From Tubiluchus corallicola (lineage: Eukaryota > Animalia > Priapulida): a stretch of 64,000 nucleotides of DNA. The notes under the pieces were generated by a model. It saw nothing but the letters and a program-made list of their open reading frames with translations. It was not told the DNA's origin and made no database searches. Each line of letters starts with the position of its first letter. Within the stretch, counting starts at the first letter, position 1. The translations under genes and the position numbers were made by a program. Location: assembly GCA_030141605.1 (NCBI GenBank), contig JAQGDQ010001081.1, positions 1 through 64,000 on the forward strand, in the 5' to 3' direction. Below are positions 44,401 to 58,140 of the stretch, in pieces.

Positions 44401-47400
44401 GCGAGAATGTCGCACGGCCAGATACTTATACGACAAAGCGAGTGTTGCTGATATTCGAGCGGGCATATTGCGATCATTTCACGACCATGTCACAGAATTT
44501 CCGTGTAAGCAAGTGCGAGTCAAGCGAGGTTCTCCAAAATACCTCCAAAATGTTTAAAAATTAGCCGCAAATTCAGAAAAGCGTTCCAAAGGGTGTCATT
44601 TTTTCAAACAATTAATGCTTTTTTCTTCGGCCGCTTTAAATTGGTAGCGAATAAAATGACAAGTATGGCATAGGTAGTATGTACAATGGAAGAATTGAAC
44701 CGCAGGCCCAGCGTGATCCTTACACATGAGGCTGTAATTATGTATAACATACGCATCGCATCAGTAAATTTGCTGCTTCGTTTCGTCACTTTGAGATTGT
44801 CCTACAGTATTTCCATGCAGTAGGTCCGTCAAAAATATCAAAACACTCAGACTGCTTTTCAAAAGGCCTGAAGCCACAAAAATCCTTGACGGTTGTATTT
44901 GACATAGCTCAATTAACTGCAGTCGCAGCTTGAAGAGCCCACAATAATCTTTAACATACCGAGACACACTGTCGAATCAATTGCTTGCACACAGTGAATA
45001 ATGCCGTCAGGATAAATTGTCCAGGGTAGTCTAGTGTCTAGAGACAGTAAACTCTTTAAATGAATTTTACAAAGGGGTTTAACATTTAGGCTATTTTACC
45101 ATTTTCGCGTCAAATAATAAGGTATAAACTTTTACATTCATTTGATTTCCACTTGTAACAGCGCAGACCACAAAACTTTTTAAAACTTGATTAAATGCTG
45201 TGTACTTAAATAGATTTTTGCTTTTGATAAGCGCTTATAAGCAGGTAATTTAGCCTCTGAGCGTCTCCCTCACATCATTGGTTTGACGATTTTTTATGTA
45301 AGCAAATTTTTTTAACTGTTGTTTTTGTGCGATGTTAAACAAATTAAATTAAATTAAAAAAATGCACGGACAGTAATGGGAAATCTAGTTAAAGTATGTC
45401 CGTGTAAAATAAATCACCTGCTGATATAAAAACGAGAAAATCATATGGGTAACCGAGCAGCATATGCAGCTATGTATACACTTAATGAGATTTGAAGGAA
45501 TGGTGAACTGGTAGTATTGTTCAGAAGAACTCGGATTCGAGCCTTTTAAATTGTTTTATACTGCATTTATTTTGGTGTGCACTTGCGTGCGCATAAATCG
45601 AAAAAAACAACATTTTGTTTTTTGCAAAGCAATGATAAAAGCTTCTAATATACAGTAGCAACAACTACATTAGATACTGTTACTGTGCATTTACCGCTTA
45701 CTAAACTAACTGATGTAGGAGCTATTGTGCTCTTAACATAATAATGCTCTTCTAATCACCAATAACTGTCATTATTTCAATAGTCAGTATTGATTAATGA
45801 TGACGTGTGCTTAGGCAATCTGCTTCAGGCTTGGACAAAGTAACGCAGTCGCAGTAAGACGTGTCTTATGTCAATTTAACCTAAGACATCTAATAATATC
45901 TTATTCATGTAACTTTGTGTACAAAAACTTTTAATCCAAGGGATAAAAACTAAAAATTCTAAAAAGTACATAAGTACCATTCAGACAGAGTTTATTTACT
46001 GGTCTTAAATCAGTCACCCTGTTTAATTAGATGTCTTCGCGGGTTCTTTTGAAAGTAAGTGAAGAAAAAAGTGATAATGATAGAAGTCATTTAATCTAGT
46101 TCGGCTTAGTTAAATGCTTAGTCATATTAAATGTTACAGAAAACATACGGAGTAAAACACCAAAATAAACTTGAAAAACTTTTACTATAAAGCAAAAATG
46201 AAGCTCACAAGTGGCTAGCAAGAACTCAAATTGACTATGCTATTCGCTCAAAACAAAACAAAACAAACAGGCAGAATCTTAGCAGAACATTTTAGTTGTC
46301 AACATACAACAAATCATTATATACTTAATAAGATTATGACTATTAGATTATTAGTACGCTACAAAACATTATATACAAATTCGCCTCAACAACTGCGGCT
46401 GCTAACATCTTTGAGTGTGGCATAAACTTTATGCAATAAATATGCTTATAAATCATTCAGCAAGTATGTACTGTCCGTATACATTAAGAACACTGACGTG
46501 CACAAAGGTAGCTTGGAAAATCCAGTAACAGAAATTAATCCTAAGTATATTATGACACAGCGACGACAGCTGAACGGGCTGATTGAAACTCGTGCGTCAA
46601 AACCCTCAATTACAACTACACTTAGCACGACGTACGTCATCTCAAATCCTAAAACAAAATAGACATTGCTGAATCAGCTACTTAAGATAACTTTTTTGTG
46701 CTCATATTTTTATTTCTAGTTTTGTAAACAGAATGATAATGTTGTTTTTAGATTAGTAATTTATTAAATTCGTCTGCTTTTCAAAGGCTTTTCGCTGTGC
46801 ATTCCGAGACTGCATTGCTGATAAAAGAAAATGTAAGACGACAGACACGCTGCAATTGAATACAGGCTGGGTACTTTTTTGTCATCGTTTAGGCATCTTT
46901 GTCAAATTATAATTATAGTTTGTAGTTCGTTTGTGTCAAAACAGTCAATCACGACTCCAACAAAACAAGTTTATAAAACACTACACTGCCAAAAATGAAA
47001 TATAAAGCACTGTACAATGCTTAAACAACACTATCAGTTAAACCTTTTTGTAAAATTATAGCTGCCGGCAAGTCTAAATGTTAGTTACATAAATGTAAGT
47101 TATATTTTTGTCAGACTTACAACTTGATGTGTCTTTTGCATCTCAATACTTAATAATTTGGTAAAAACTTAATTTCTGATTTTGGTACCTACAATGCTAT
47201 TAGTTACAGATTTGCTTCATACTTTTCTAGAACTTCTCCTAAAAAGGCAAAATTGCTTGTTATATATGTGCATCACACGTTTCGCCTTGAATTTTGGATT
47301 TCAATAGGTACACATAACAATTGATAAAAATCAAACAAAACAGAAATTCAGAAAACACAAGTTTGTGGTATTCTGTGTAGCCATTTTCTTAATTTCTAAC

Positions 47401-47940
47401 ATGTATTCAAATTTACACCCCCAAGCAGTCAATGTTTCCTGGATTATGAAAAGAAACGCATTACTCCCCGCTGTATTAGTAACTACAAATTAATATTGGG
47501 CAAAAAGTCCTAGAAATATTTCCTATCAGAAGCAAAATAATTTTACCGAAGAGCCGTTCTTATTGCTTTTCTGTCTCGAGATTAGCTGAAAATATAAAAT
47601 TGCTGCAATCTCTGTGCAACGACAGTAATTGACTTCGGGGATGCTGGCTCATGTAGTCAGTGAAATATAATCGGCTTAGGAATGCATCAAAATTTGACCG
47701 ATTTGGAAAACTTGCTTTTCGAGTATATTTTATTGGACGCTGATGAAAAACCGAAAGTGTTGGGGCTGGTACTTTTACATGCTGGTACTAGCGTAGTAAT
47801 AGCTGTCTTGCTTACGCAGCACGAATTACGAGCACCACAGTTCGTAGAGTCACTTTTAACTGCCGGCCGCATTTCATAGAGTTACTCAGTGTGTCCACCA
47901 TCTTATTTTTCTCAAAGCGAATCCGATTTATTCACTGCCC

Positions 47941-48311
<371 letters not shown>

Positions 48312-48493
48312 CAACTCCTCTGCCCTTCCCCTCCACCCTGTCTCTCTCGCTTGCTCTGTGATTACTGCCACGCTTAGTGTGATGAATGAGTGATTTTTTT
48401 TCAAATGAATATCACAGAAAGACTCGAAATGAGAGCCTTGGGAAATCGCAGCCATCTTCCACGTTGAAAAATTACTCTAAAATTGCAGGACGC

Positions 48494-49204
48494 TGTGTTA
48501 CAAGTAATAATGTAATAAATACCCGATATTGTAATACTAAAAAACTGTAAACGCATTTGTAAAAAAATAAAACCTAATGTAATAAATAAATGATAATGTA
48601 ACAAAAATAACCGATACTGTAATATAATAAAAAAGCTAACGCATAAAGTTATAACCTGATGAGCACTATAGCTGAACTGGAAACGATTGTTTACTAGTTA
48701 TATAAATGTAAAGTGCAATAGTCGAACACCGAGTTAAAGGTTCGTATGTAACTATTGGATTTATATCACAATTCCATGAAAATATTATCGTAGGCCTATG
48801 CATGGAGTGGATAAAATATATGAGAAGCGTTAAATTTAACTTGACATATTGAGGTAACACCATCCTCCATCCAAACAGAGTAAGAAAATGCACCATTCTC
48901 ATGTATTGCTACAGCACCACACCTCTGGACTAAGCTACGTTAATTCAGCTAGCTAGTAAATTAGGTTATCACATTATCGGTTAGAATTTTTGTTATTACA
49001 CTACGCATTCTGTGGTGTTGCAATATGCGTTAAACTTCGGACTGCTACATTACGTGTTTTGATGGCCTTACATTAAGCGTTAAATTTTTGTTACATTATC
49101 GGTTAGTTATTATATTACATAGTACTAGACTTTCTTTTACATAATACGATAATTTTTTCTGTATTGCGACATCGGCCGTTCATTACATTGTCAGTTGTAA
49201 CACG
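48494..49204. mobile_element. MITE/foldback-like element (~710 bp) with TIRs and repeated subterminal motifs
   Basis: GTGTTACAA (48495) ... TTGTAACAC (49203). Left arm repeats taatgtaa/aaccgata and right arm repeats ttacatta/tatcggtt. Confidence 0.7.
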
Positions 49205-52200
49205 GTGTTACAAAATTCAGCTAAATGTGCTGCGATTTGTATTATATTGTATATAGCGTAAAATCTAATCAGAGTCTAACGACAGAGGCAATCGTATTAG
49301 TTGCGTACATTTTTAAAGACGTTTATTAAACTTTGTTACAAAAACGAGCCTAATGTTAAATTAGATAGATAGGTTAAGATACTTTAAAAACGAAGATAGA
49401 AATTAAAAAAAATATTAGAAATCTAAAAACACCAACAAATACGACGAAAACAGTTAATAATTTATAGCACTGTTTATTGCTTTATTCTAACTTGCGGTCT
49501 GATCTGGTAAGCTGTTATTGAAATAAAGCCGGCAGCATAAAAGTAGACTATGGCGTAAAACCTAAACACAATTCATTTTAATTGTATAATACACAGGTAT
49601 TATTTTATAAATATATAAATTAAGGTCATTTCTGGTTTAATTGAATTTGCTTTTACTGCAAAATTCATTTTGTAACGTAAACTTCGGTGTTTGGTTTGTA
49701 TTAAAATGTGTATTGTAGGTTGTAATTTTCAATTTTGTCCGTTTAAGATATGTTTATTTATTGAACCAGCATTAAAAAAAGACATATAGCCAACAGCAAA
49801 TACGTGAAACAGATTAAATCAACAAACAATGAGAGATTTACTAAAGACAAAATCCCTTACAAACGAATATTATGGCACGAGCGCATAGAAATTAATAGAA
49901 CAATTAATTCACATAGTCCATGAGAAAGACCAGATATCGGTGCCATCTCGGGAGACATATTTTATTTCTTGTATATACGTAAATTATGTCTTTATATGAA
50001 AGACCTTGCCTTACTGATACAAGCCAATTTCTGGAACACCCCAAAACCCAAGTTGGTGCAAATTTGCGCATATCAAGGACAAGGCAACACAGTACTATTG
50101 CAGCCATGTAAATGTGAAATATTTACTTTGTTTCGCGCTATGCTACGCACCAATGTAATCAGCTGCATAGTACGTATAATGCAGAAAGTTTTTAGGGTAG
50201 CGCGCCATGATGGCCCAAAAATGTATTAAATCGAGATCCTATTTATTTTTCTTAGACTACCTTTTCCTCATCTATACAGTGTACTACTCTCAATATTGTT
50301 ACATAAAATTCCCATATCAGTAGTTATTCGCAGTGGGGCAGTAGTTGGGCACGGGGCATTTGCAAAGCCACGAATGAAAAGCCAAGTGCTAAATACGTGG
50401 ATGATCAAATAAAACGTCGTTTAATTTCAGCATACCCCATCGTTATATTGGAGTGTAACTGGTACTGACGCGTGAAATTTTAGGTGTTGTTATGTTGGTC
50501 CATGGACTAATACTTGTGTATTTTCTACTTAAAATTTATTTCGTAATAGTTTTATAATCGTTCGTAAATGCTTCAAGGTTTATGCATTACTAATATCACG
50601 TCTATTTATTGTATTCACGAAATAATTATTGGTTTTCATCATAACGTAATATAAGATAAAAAGCAGACAAAAAGTTTATATAAGATATTTATAGTGTATC
50701 GTGTTATGTCGCCTAGCAGTTTTGTATGAAACATTAATTTATTACGGTGGGCAATTATAGACAGTACTAACATTTGGCCAGTTGGTTTCTCAGTTGCATT
50801 TGTGTCATCCTTGAGAAGAGACAATTATGCCTACACAATGTAGAACACACTTCAGTAATTAGTCACTCATTACATTTATATGACTAGCAATTGCCTTAAT
50901 GCGGAGGTAGCGGCCCACTGAGCAAGCGGTTTCTCATCTCCCTAGGCATCTCCTCCAACGGAAGCCATGCATGCACTCCTGTTAAGTGATTGTTGTGAAA
51001 TGAAATTAGGTATAGGACAATTATTCTCCAATGAGACAGCAAAGGTCACAGAAAACATTCAAAACAACTAGCTTTACAGTTATCTACATTACAAAACAGA
51101 AGGGGAAAAAGTGATTAAGGGATTTCTTTGTCATTACTGCCTTGACAATTTATGATGTATTAGTGTGATGACCATAATTTTCCAAGATAGTATTGGAAAA
51201 CTACAACCCATTAAGTACTTTCACTAAAGAAGTTGTGGTGATGAATTAGAGCAAAGAAAATCTAAAGAGATATTAAGTGAAGCGCCACTTAATAGACAGA
51301 CGTCTAAACGAAATTGCACGGACAAACTCCTGCTCTATCGCAAGTATATCCTCTGTTGTATAACTGTTGTTAAAAAAACTTTGTTAAATTAATATCAAGT
51401 TCAATAGCAGAAATTTTTCCCTTTTTTAAGGCGCGAAAGGTCAAAACACTAATATAGTCTATACTAATAACCAGAATCCAACAGTGACAACTTATTTGCG
51501 TACTCCAACAAAATTCGGCTTTATCACTGACTCAGTCAAATTTAGTCGTACGACGTAGCGCGGGTCATCTCCATTTTGCAAAGATTAGATCGCGTTATAG
51601 TCACGTGCGTCATACGACTAGACAGTAAAAACAACAAAAACGCAGGATAATTACGTCACACTTTTATTGATCATTAAACCGACTGAATAAACTGCTAAAT
51701 TTGTTCCTCCATGTTCTGAATAAACGAACTAATGGATTATTGCAGGAATACAACGATGTGTAATTACCGGGTGGGTTTTAGATGACACATCGCTTGATTA
51801 ATATTATCAGCTTCGTTCATTCCTTTTATCTAATATGAGAATCTTGTTCAAAGCATTCAGTCGTACTCATAAAATTAATAAACATTAATAAACTGTTCGC
51901 GCAGTAGTTGGTTTGAATCCTTGGAGAAAACGAGACATTTACCTAACATTTATACCAGCAGCTAATCTGATACCCGATTATGAATCACTCTTACTGAGTT
52001 AAACAGCTAAGATTAAATAATACAAGACAATCATATCTGTGCAATACAATCATTTATTTGTGTTGCCCTACACCTAATTTTATAAGCTGCTTGCTCTATT
52101 TAAAATTCTTTTTTCTTATCTTTCTTTCTTTTCCTTTCATTTCTTTTTTCCTTTCTTTTCTTTTTTATATTTTAGCTCCTTTCTTGTTGTTTATATGTTT

Positions 52201-53913
52201 TTTGTACATAACACGCTTAAATACTTTTTTTTCTGAATTCGTGTGACCGGACGAAGTATATAGCAAATTTTCTAGCAGAAAAGTAACAGGCAACTATAAT
52301 TTTTTTGTAATTACGAACTATTTTTTCTGCGGAGATTATTTGCAGGTAAATTCCATGCATTTCAAAACTTAAGTAATATTAGAAGGCTATTATATTCAAA
52401 ACAGCCTTCACCTGTGTTCTTTTTTTTGCAAGCAGTTTTTGTCTCCCGTACTGCCAGTTAGATTGTTGTTCTAGTTACGCGAGGCGATAATATACATACA
52501 TCTGAACACGCCCGAGACCTTTTGCCGACTCACTTTCATCTTGGAGGATTATCCTTAACAATTAGCTAGGCACATATCCCGTTACAAACATTCAACAATC
52601 TAATAGTCCCGGCCATTAGTGCTGGATTTCGGTGTGCAGAGGGCCAAACTGTATAAAAAGTCCAACTACATGAAACATCAGTATACTGTGTATATTTCAG
52701 TGAAATTCAAAAGACTGCATGTAAATTTCAAATATTGATTACACACATTGAATGTTTACAGACGATTATCGTAAGCATCTAGTTTTATGAAAGACTGATT
52801 ACAATATTATAGGCTTCTCTTGATTTTTAAAATAAAATTCAAGCAATACAGCTGAAAGATGAAGCACAGTATAATCATTTTCTACAGACGTCATTTTGTA
52901 TTATGCAATGGCTCATTTTAGTGGCTTGAAATAATGGTTTTCATACAGTATAGCACGGCTTTATTAGTGCGTCAATATTACTATAATGAGAAGCTCATAC
53001 AAGTACTTAGGTTCCTCAAACTGATGAAGCTAAAATGCCATAGCCTTTTATTGACGTTCGCAGACGTCCTAATTTCGGCAGCAGACAGTGACGTGTTCGC
53101 CTGCTACAGAGAAAGCTAATTACTCCCCGGATGCTGAGGTGCTGTGTGCGCTGATAGAGCGATCAACTTGTGCCCATTAGTTCAGATAAGATGTTTAATT
53201 CAACGATTCGCATACGCCACGTATAATATTTGCTGAAGCCAAACCACGTGCGCTGATTCGGTAACGCAAATTGCGCAAAACAAAAAAGCAAAAAAATCCT
53301 TTTAAAGTATCAAAAACGAAAACAGTACTTCGACTTTAAGGCCAGCTGACCGGTAAGTGGTAATCGTAAGGTATTTCGTTGGCCTCAGTATTCCGACATT
53401 AACTATTTATCTACTCCCTAAAGTTATCCGAGCAAGCCTCGTTTGTTGTGAAAAACATCCCATTAGCGTAGTTGGCACTGGGGTTTGGTATTCTGAACAA
53501 AAACAACCGTGTGGGCAATATTCTCTTTTACGCGAGGTTTCATTAGAGAAAATTCCACTCAGGTCTAAGCATGAGCTTCGGTAAAAGCCTCGTAAATCGT
53601 AAATGTCACGTGTATGTTGGAAAGAGTTAAATTATTTAACAGTCGTTGTAGTTGCTGTGAAATTACGTAACGGGTACGAGCGATTACTGCAGTTTATCAT
53701 GCAAAATACTTTTATCATACCTGGTCGTAGAAAATATTACACAGTATATGATACTTTGGAGCTAAGCTAGGAGGTATGGGAATCTCGTACTATTATAAAT
53801 TAAGAGACGCATTAAAATATCACACTCTGCGAATTATTATAATTACACTAAACATCAAACAGATGAATATAAATTTAGACATAAGGTTGAAAGTAATAGC
53901 AAACGATATCACG

Positions 53914-55130
53914 TTTATTAAGATTTTGCCATAGCAAAATCTTACTGTTTTTCATTGAGTTATTATTTATTTATTGTCTGCCACTTTAACGTTTAATAAC
54001 TCATAAGCCTTGCAAGCTAGGGTCACCAAACTCACAGGGTTGGTAGCCCTGGGCGAGGCACATACAGCAGTGTGATGACCACTGACCACTGGTTAAGAGG
54101 GGAAGTTAGACGGCGTCGGTCACTTTTTCCTTTAGGTCGCATCTCCGGGTTTTGGTTTTTTCCAATTTTTTTTCGTATTTGGGTATTGTGACCTTTTACA
54201 TGTTGAGGGCTAGGGACACAAAACTCACAGGGTACACTCTCTGGGCAAAGTTGTCTACGAATACGTGTGACTCGAGTTGCTGTGTCAAAGGTCATGGAGC
54301 GGCCGGGTCTTCATTTATTTCTCTTTAGGATCCATCTGCTCCCATAGTTTTTAAGCTAGGGCCACAATATTTGGTATGTGGTTACGTGGGACAAGTTGTT
54401 AGAATTGGCAGAATATGGGTGATTTGGAGGTGGGAATTTTCCGCTAGGAAGCAAAAACCGAAAAATGGGGGTCGGGAACTGAAGTGCAACCGAGTGTTGA
54501 GCAATGATACCTTGTAGCACATCAAATGAAAGGTCTCGATGAGGTGGAACGAATGCCATAAGTTACAATGAGAATAGCTAACGCGTGACCCCGCTAGGCG
54601 GCAAAAATCGAAAAATGGGGGTAGGGAACAGAAGTGCACCGAGTGTTGAGCAATGATACCTTGTAGCATATGAAATGAAAGGTCTCGATGAGGTGGAACG
54701 AATGCCATAAGTTACAATGAGAATAGCTAACGCGTGACCCCGCTAGGCGGCAAAAACCGAAAAATGGGGGTAGGGAACAGAAGTGCACCGAGTGTTGAGC
54801 AATGATACATTGTAGCATATGAAATGAAAGGTCTCGATGAGGCGGATCGAATGGCATAGGTTGCAATGAGAATAGCTAATCCGCGAGCCCGCTAGAGGGC
54901 AAAAAGCGAAAAATGGGGGTGGGGAACAGACATGCATCGAGTGTCTACTAATAGTACAATGTAGCATATCAAATGAAAGGTCTAGATGAGGCGAATCGAA
55001 TGGTATAGATTACAGTGTGAATCGTTAACCTGTGACCCACTTAGGGGCAAAATAAGGGTCGAGGAGACAAATGCCTTCCAGGGTCTACCAAAAGTAGGTT
55101 GGTATCAAATGAGACCAACTGAATGATATA
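53914..55130 (+). mobile_element. Helentron-associated (HINE/pearl-like) non-autonomous element with internal satellite array
   Basis: TT-proximal 11-bp-stem hairpin taagattttgc-cata-gcaaaatctta (53919-53944), then a short (TTA/TTTA) microsatellite, then tandem ~150-bp units carrying ATCAAATGAAAGGTCTCGATGAG. Right end not resolved. Confidence 0.7.
54443..55040. repeat. 149-bp tandem repeat, ~4 copies
   Basis: atgaaaggtct at 54526, 54675, 54824 and 54973 (exact 149-bp spacing). Confidence 0.95.
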
Positions 55131-57413
55131 AGTTATGCCAAGATTGTTGACCTTTATCCTGTGGGTGATGGGCTGAACAGTTAAATGCTGAGGTTTCATT
55201 GTGAAATTCACTTTCCATGTATTCAAGCAATTCAATAAAAGAAAATGAGCACTTTCAAAAAAGGCTGTCGTCTCTTCATTTTTAAGGCTGAATTTTACAA
55301 CGATTGTTTGCTAATTCTTCAGCTTGTGGCCACGTCAGAAACATTGTCAACTGGTTAATATTAAATTTAATACAGATGCAAAGTACTTTACAAATACAAA
55401 AGTACCTATAGCACAAGATTAGAAACACACAGGTACAAATAATCGCACTAGAACTATAAGAAGGAAATTACCCATGCTTCTTGTAAAATAGTTTACATCA
55501 GCTGGACTTTCGTGTAATATAGTTCATTAACATTTTGTCTTTTGCTTCTAAGTCGTTTTAACGATTTTTTTGGCGAATGATATTAACATGGAGCGAAGAA
55601 ACGTTTTTTTTGGATTTAAACATAAATTAAGCCTAAATTCTAAACTAACATACATAGCTGCACAAATTAACAATTCTGCAGACCCAGATGAACGTACTAG
55701 GAACATTTTTTTTATTTTCCATCAGCAATTTCGTAACAAATGCGGTACGGTGCGACATAACCACATAACTATGCTGTAAACGAGTTACCTGCATGGGAGA
55801 ATAACGCTAATAAAGTCATAATGGCACAGACAAATGCTTACAACATTTGCGGAATACTATTTTCCGGTTGCTTGGTATGGAATACACGTGCTAGAAGCTT
55901 CAGTCGATAATACCATATTATAGATTAACTTCGGCAAAGCGGGCTCACTGAAACTACATCGCTGATGACGTCAGTAGGAAGAGATCCCTGGATTGGCAAC
56001 ATTTTAATCTGTTCATAGAATCGATGACGAACTATCGTAAGCTCCTTGTGTACAAAAACCGAATGAAACTGGAGAACAATTGAGCGATTATAAAAAGTCG
56101 TTAACGACATTAGTGCGCAAAGAGCATCCAAACGACATGAAGGGCCAGATCTAATTTACAATACATTAATACCATAATTCATAAAAAAAAACTCAGCAGT
56201 GAAGCAGAAATGTGAAGCAACATACACCCACAAGTTATGCTTCGATTGATAAGATATCATAACGATGAACATAATATAGGAACATGTAAGTCAGTATTCT
56301 AATTTTTCATTTCAAGTCCAGACAGATTTCGTTTACTTCCATAGTGTTATAATAAACAAGTCTGCGTTTTGCCACGGCACATTGCTCATCAGCAACTGCA
56401 CCATTTCAGTTCCCAGTTACAAGTAAACGTTTGTCATTTCCGAAAGCAAAATAAACGTTCGTTCAGGTCAAATAATTCTAAACATTGCTCTGGTGAGAGA
56501 TCTGTGTATAGAGCACAAGTTTTAGCTACGTTCCATTTTATGATATTTATAAGCTGCGAAGTAACAATTACCAAAATATGTACAAGAATGGCAAACAAAC
56601 TAGTTAACAAAAATGACAATGCCCATTAAGGGAAAGGAACCTACTTAAAATTGTATGTTTTCCGTTTGAAAAATAGTTACTCTGAAAATTACAAGCACTT
56701 GTCTATATGCATAATTGCACATAATACACTACAATTTTGATGATTTTTACAACTAATGATCTATACAGATGTGGTTCTAAATTCGATCCACATACTAGAC
56801 ACACACAATACCTACTGCAGTATGTTATACCGCTATGCTCAAATTACAGGATGTATCCCGCATGTAATTCCCTGACAAATCTTCTGCATCAAAGGCTTTA
56901 GTCTCTCCTAAATATGCAATTTATAGATTGCGGCTGGATTATATTGTACATTTCCCAGAAAGCCCAAGCAAATATATTTATGTTTAGAAATGCAGTAGTT
57001 CATGCAGATGGAAGCATGCATGCGATTGCAGCTTGGACGGAAAGAAAATCAGTTGGTGGAAAGTGTTGAAAAACCTGAAAGTCAAAGTCATTAAAGTTGA
57101 GTGTAAGCCATGTGGCATTTGTAGGTAACCAAAAACAAATTCTGTGTGCTCACGCGATATCGTAACACAGTTTGTCTTATTGAATTTATTTCCTATTAAT
57201 CTACTCCTGTCATTATTTGCTCTTTACACATTAAACTTTTATATTTTCAACAAAGGTAATGTGTATAAGTCTATCAATAAATACAACAAGTATACAAAAA
57301 AACGCTCATTTCTATTGATAATAAGGTGACATAACTTTCACGCACTTGAAGTAAAAAAAATAGATTGTCACATGAAAAGATTAATGGACTAGCAATAACC
57401 TAGGTCATTGCGA

Positions 57414-57463
57414 AAATTTAAGCAGTTGTCAGCGGTTCAAATTTAAGCAGTTGTTAGCGGTTC
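57414..57463. repeat. 25-bp tandem duplication
   Basis: aaatttaagcagttgt(c/t)agcggttc x2. Confidence 0.85.
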
Positions 57464-57789
57464 ATAATGAATGAATGAGTGAATGAGTAAATGGACAAAC
57501 AATTGGGGACTGCCTACAATTGCTATGTCCGTTATGCAGACAGCTAGCCACTACAGTATTATTAAGTCTTACTGAATTTTATAATTTAGAAACGCACTTG
57601 AGAGAATGCAGGGTTCTAAAACAGACGTGGGGTCCTTGCTAAACCAAAAGCAATCTTAAAGTGACCTTTAAAACTTTTGGTGCTATGTCAAGTCCTGTTG
57701 CAAACCTTAGTAGGTCGACATCATTGGCATTACAGTAAATTGGAAAAATCAAACAACTGAAAAATTCGTAAATGCTTTCATGACATCTA

Positions 57790-58140
57790 ACTTAACTACT
57801 GCAATAGTTTATTTTTTGGACTTCCTGAATACACCAACTAATTCACAACTCTGCTGCCCGTCTCATTACCAAAACTAGAAAGCATGATCACATTACGCCT
57901 ATTCTAAGAAAGTTGCGTTGGCTGCTGATAACGTTCCGAATTCAAATTAAAATTCTTTGTATCACCTACATAGTACTACGTTGTTTGACACCTGCATACC
58001 TCAGAGATCTTGATATTCTGTGGTGAAAAAGTTTTTTTTGTCTGTTCTCAAGTCTTTGGAAAATGTTGTCGTACGTACTACAAACCTGTAAGAGTCCTTT
58101 AAACGACATCTTGAAACACATTTGATTATAGCGTACTTCA
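57790..58140 (+). mobile_element. L2-clade LINE 3' remnant
   Basis: Translation ...YCNS..GLP / HNSAARLITKTRKHDHITPILRKLRWL..FRIQIKILCITY...PAYLRDL ... FKRHLETHL matches the post-RT signature of L2 ORF2. Confidence 0.85.

Noticed and set aside
44234-44570. CpG-rich patch with 107-aa ORF
   Set aside because: No protein motif. Probably an old MITE interior, but termini could not be defined.
50895-50985. GC-rich island resembling an HDV-like ribozyme or ncRNA
   Set aside because: Could not build the nested double pseudoknot by eye; needs a covariance-model search.
54356-54967. Repeated ORFs or CRISPR-like periodicity
   Set aside because: Whole 149-bp units repeat with no unique spacers; eukaryotic satellite, no cas genes.
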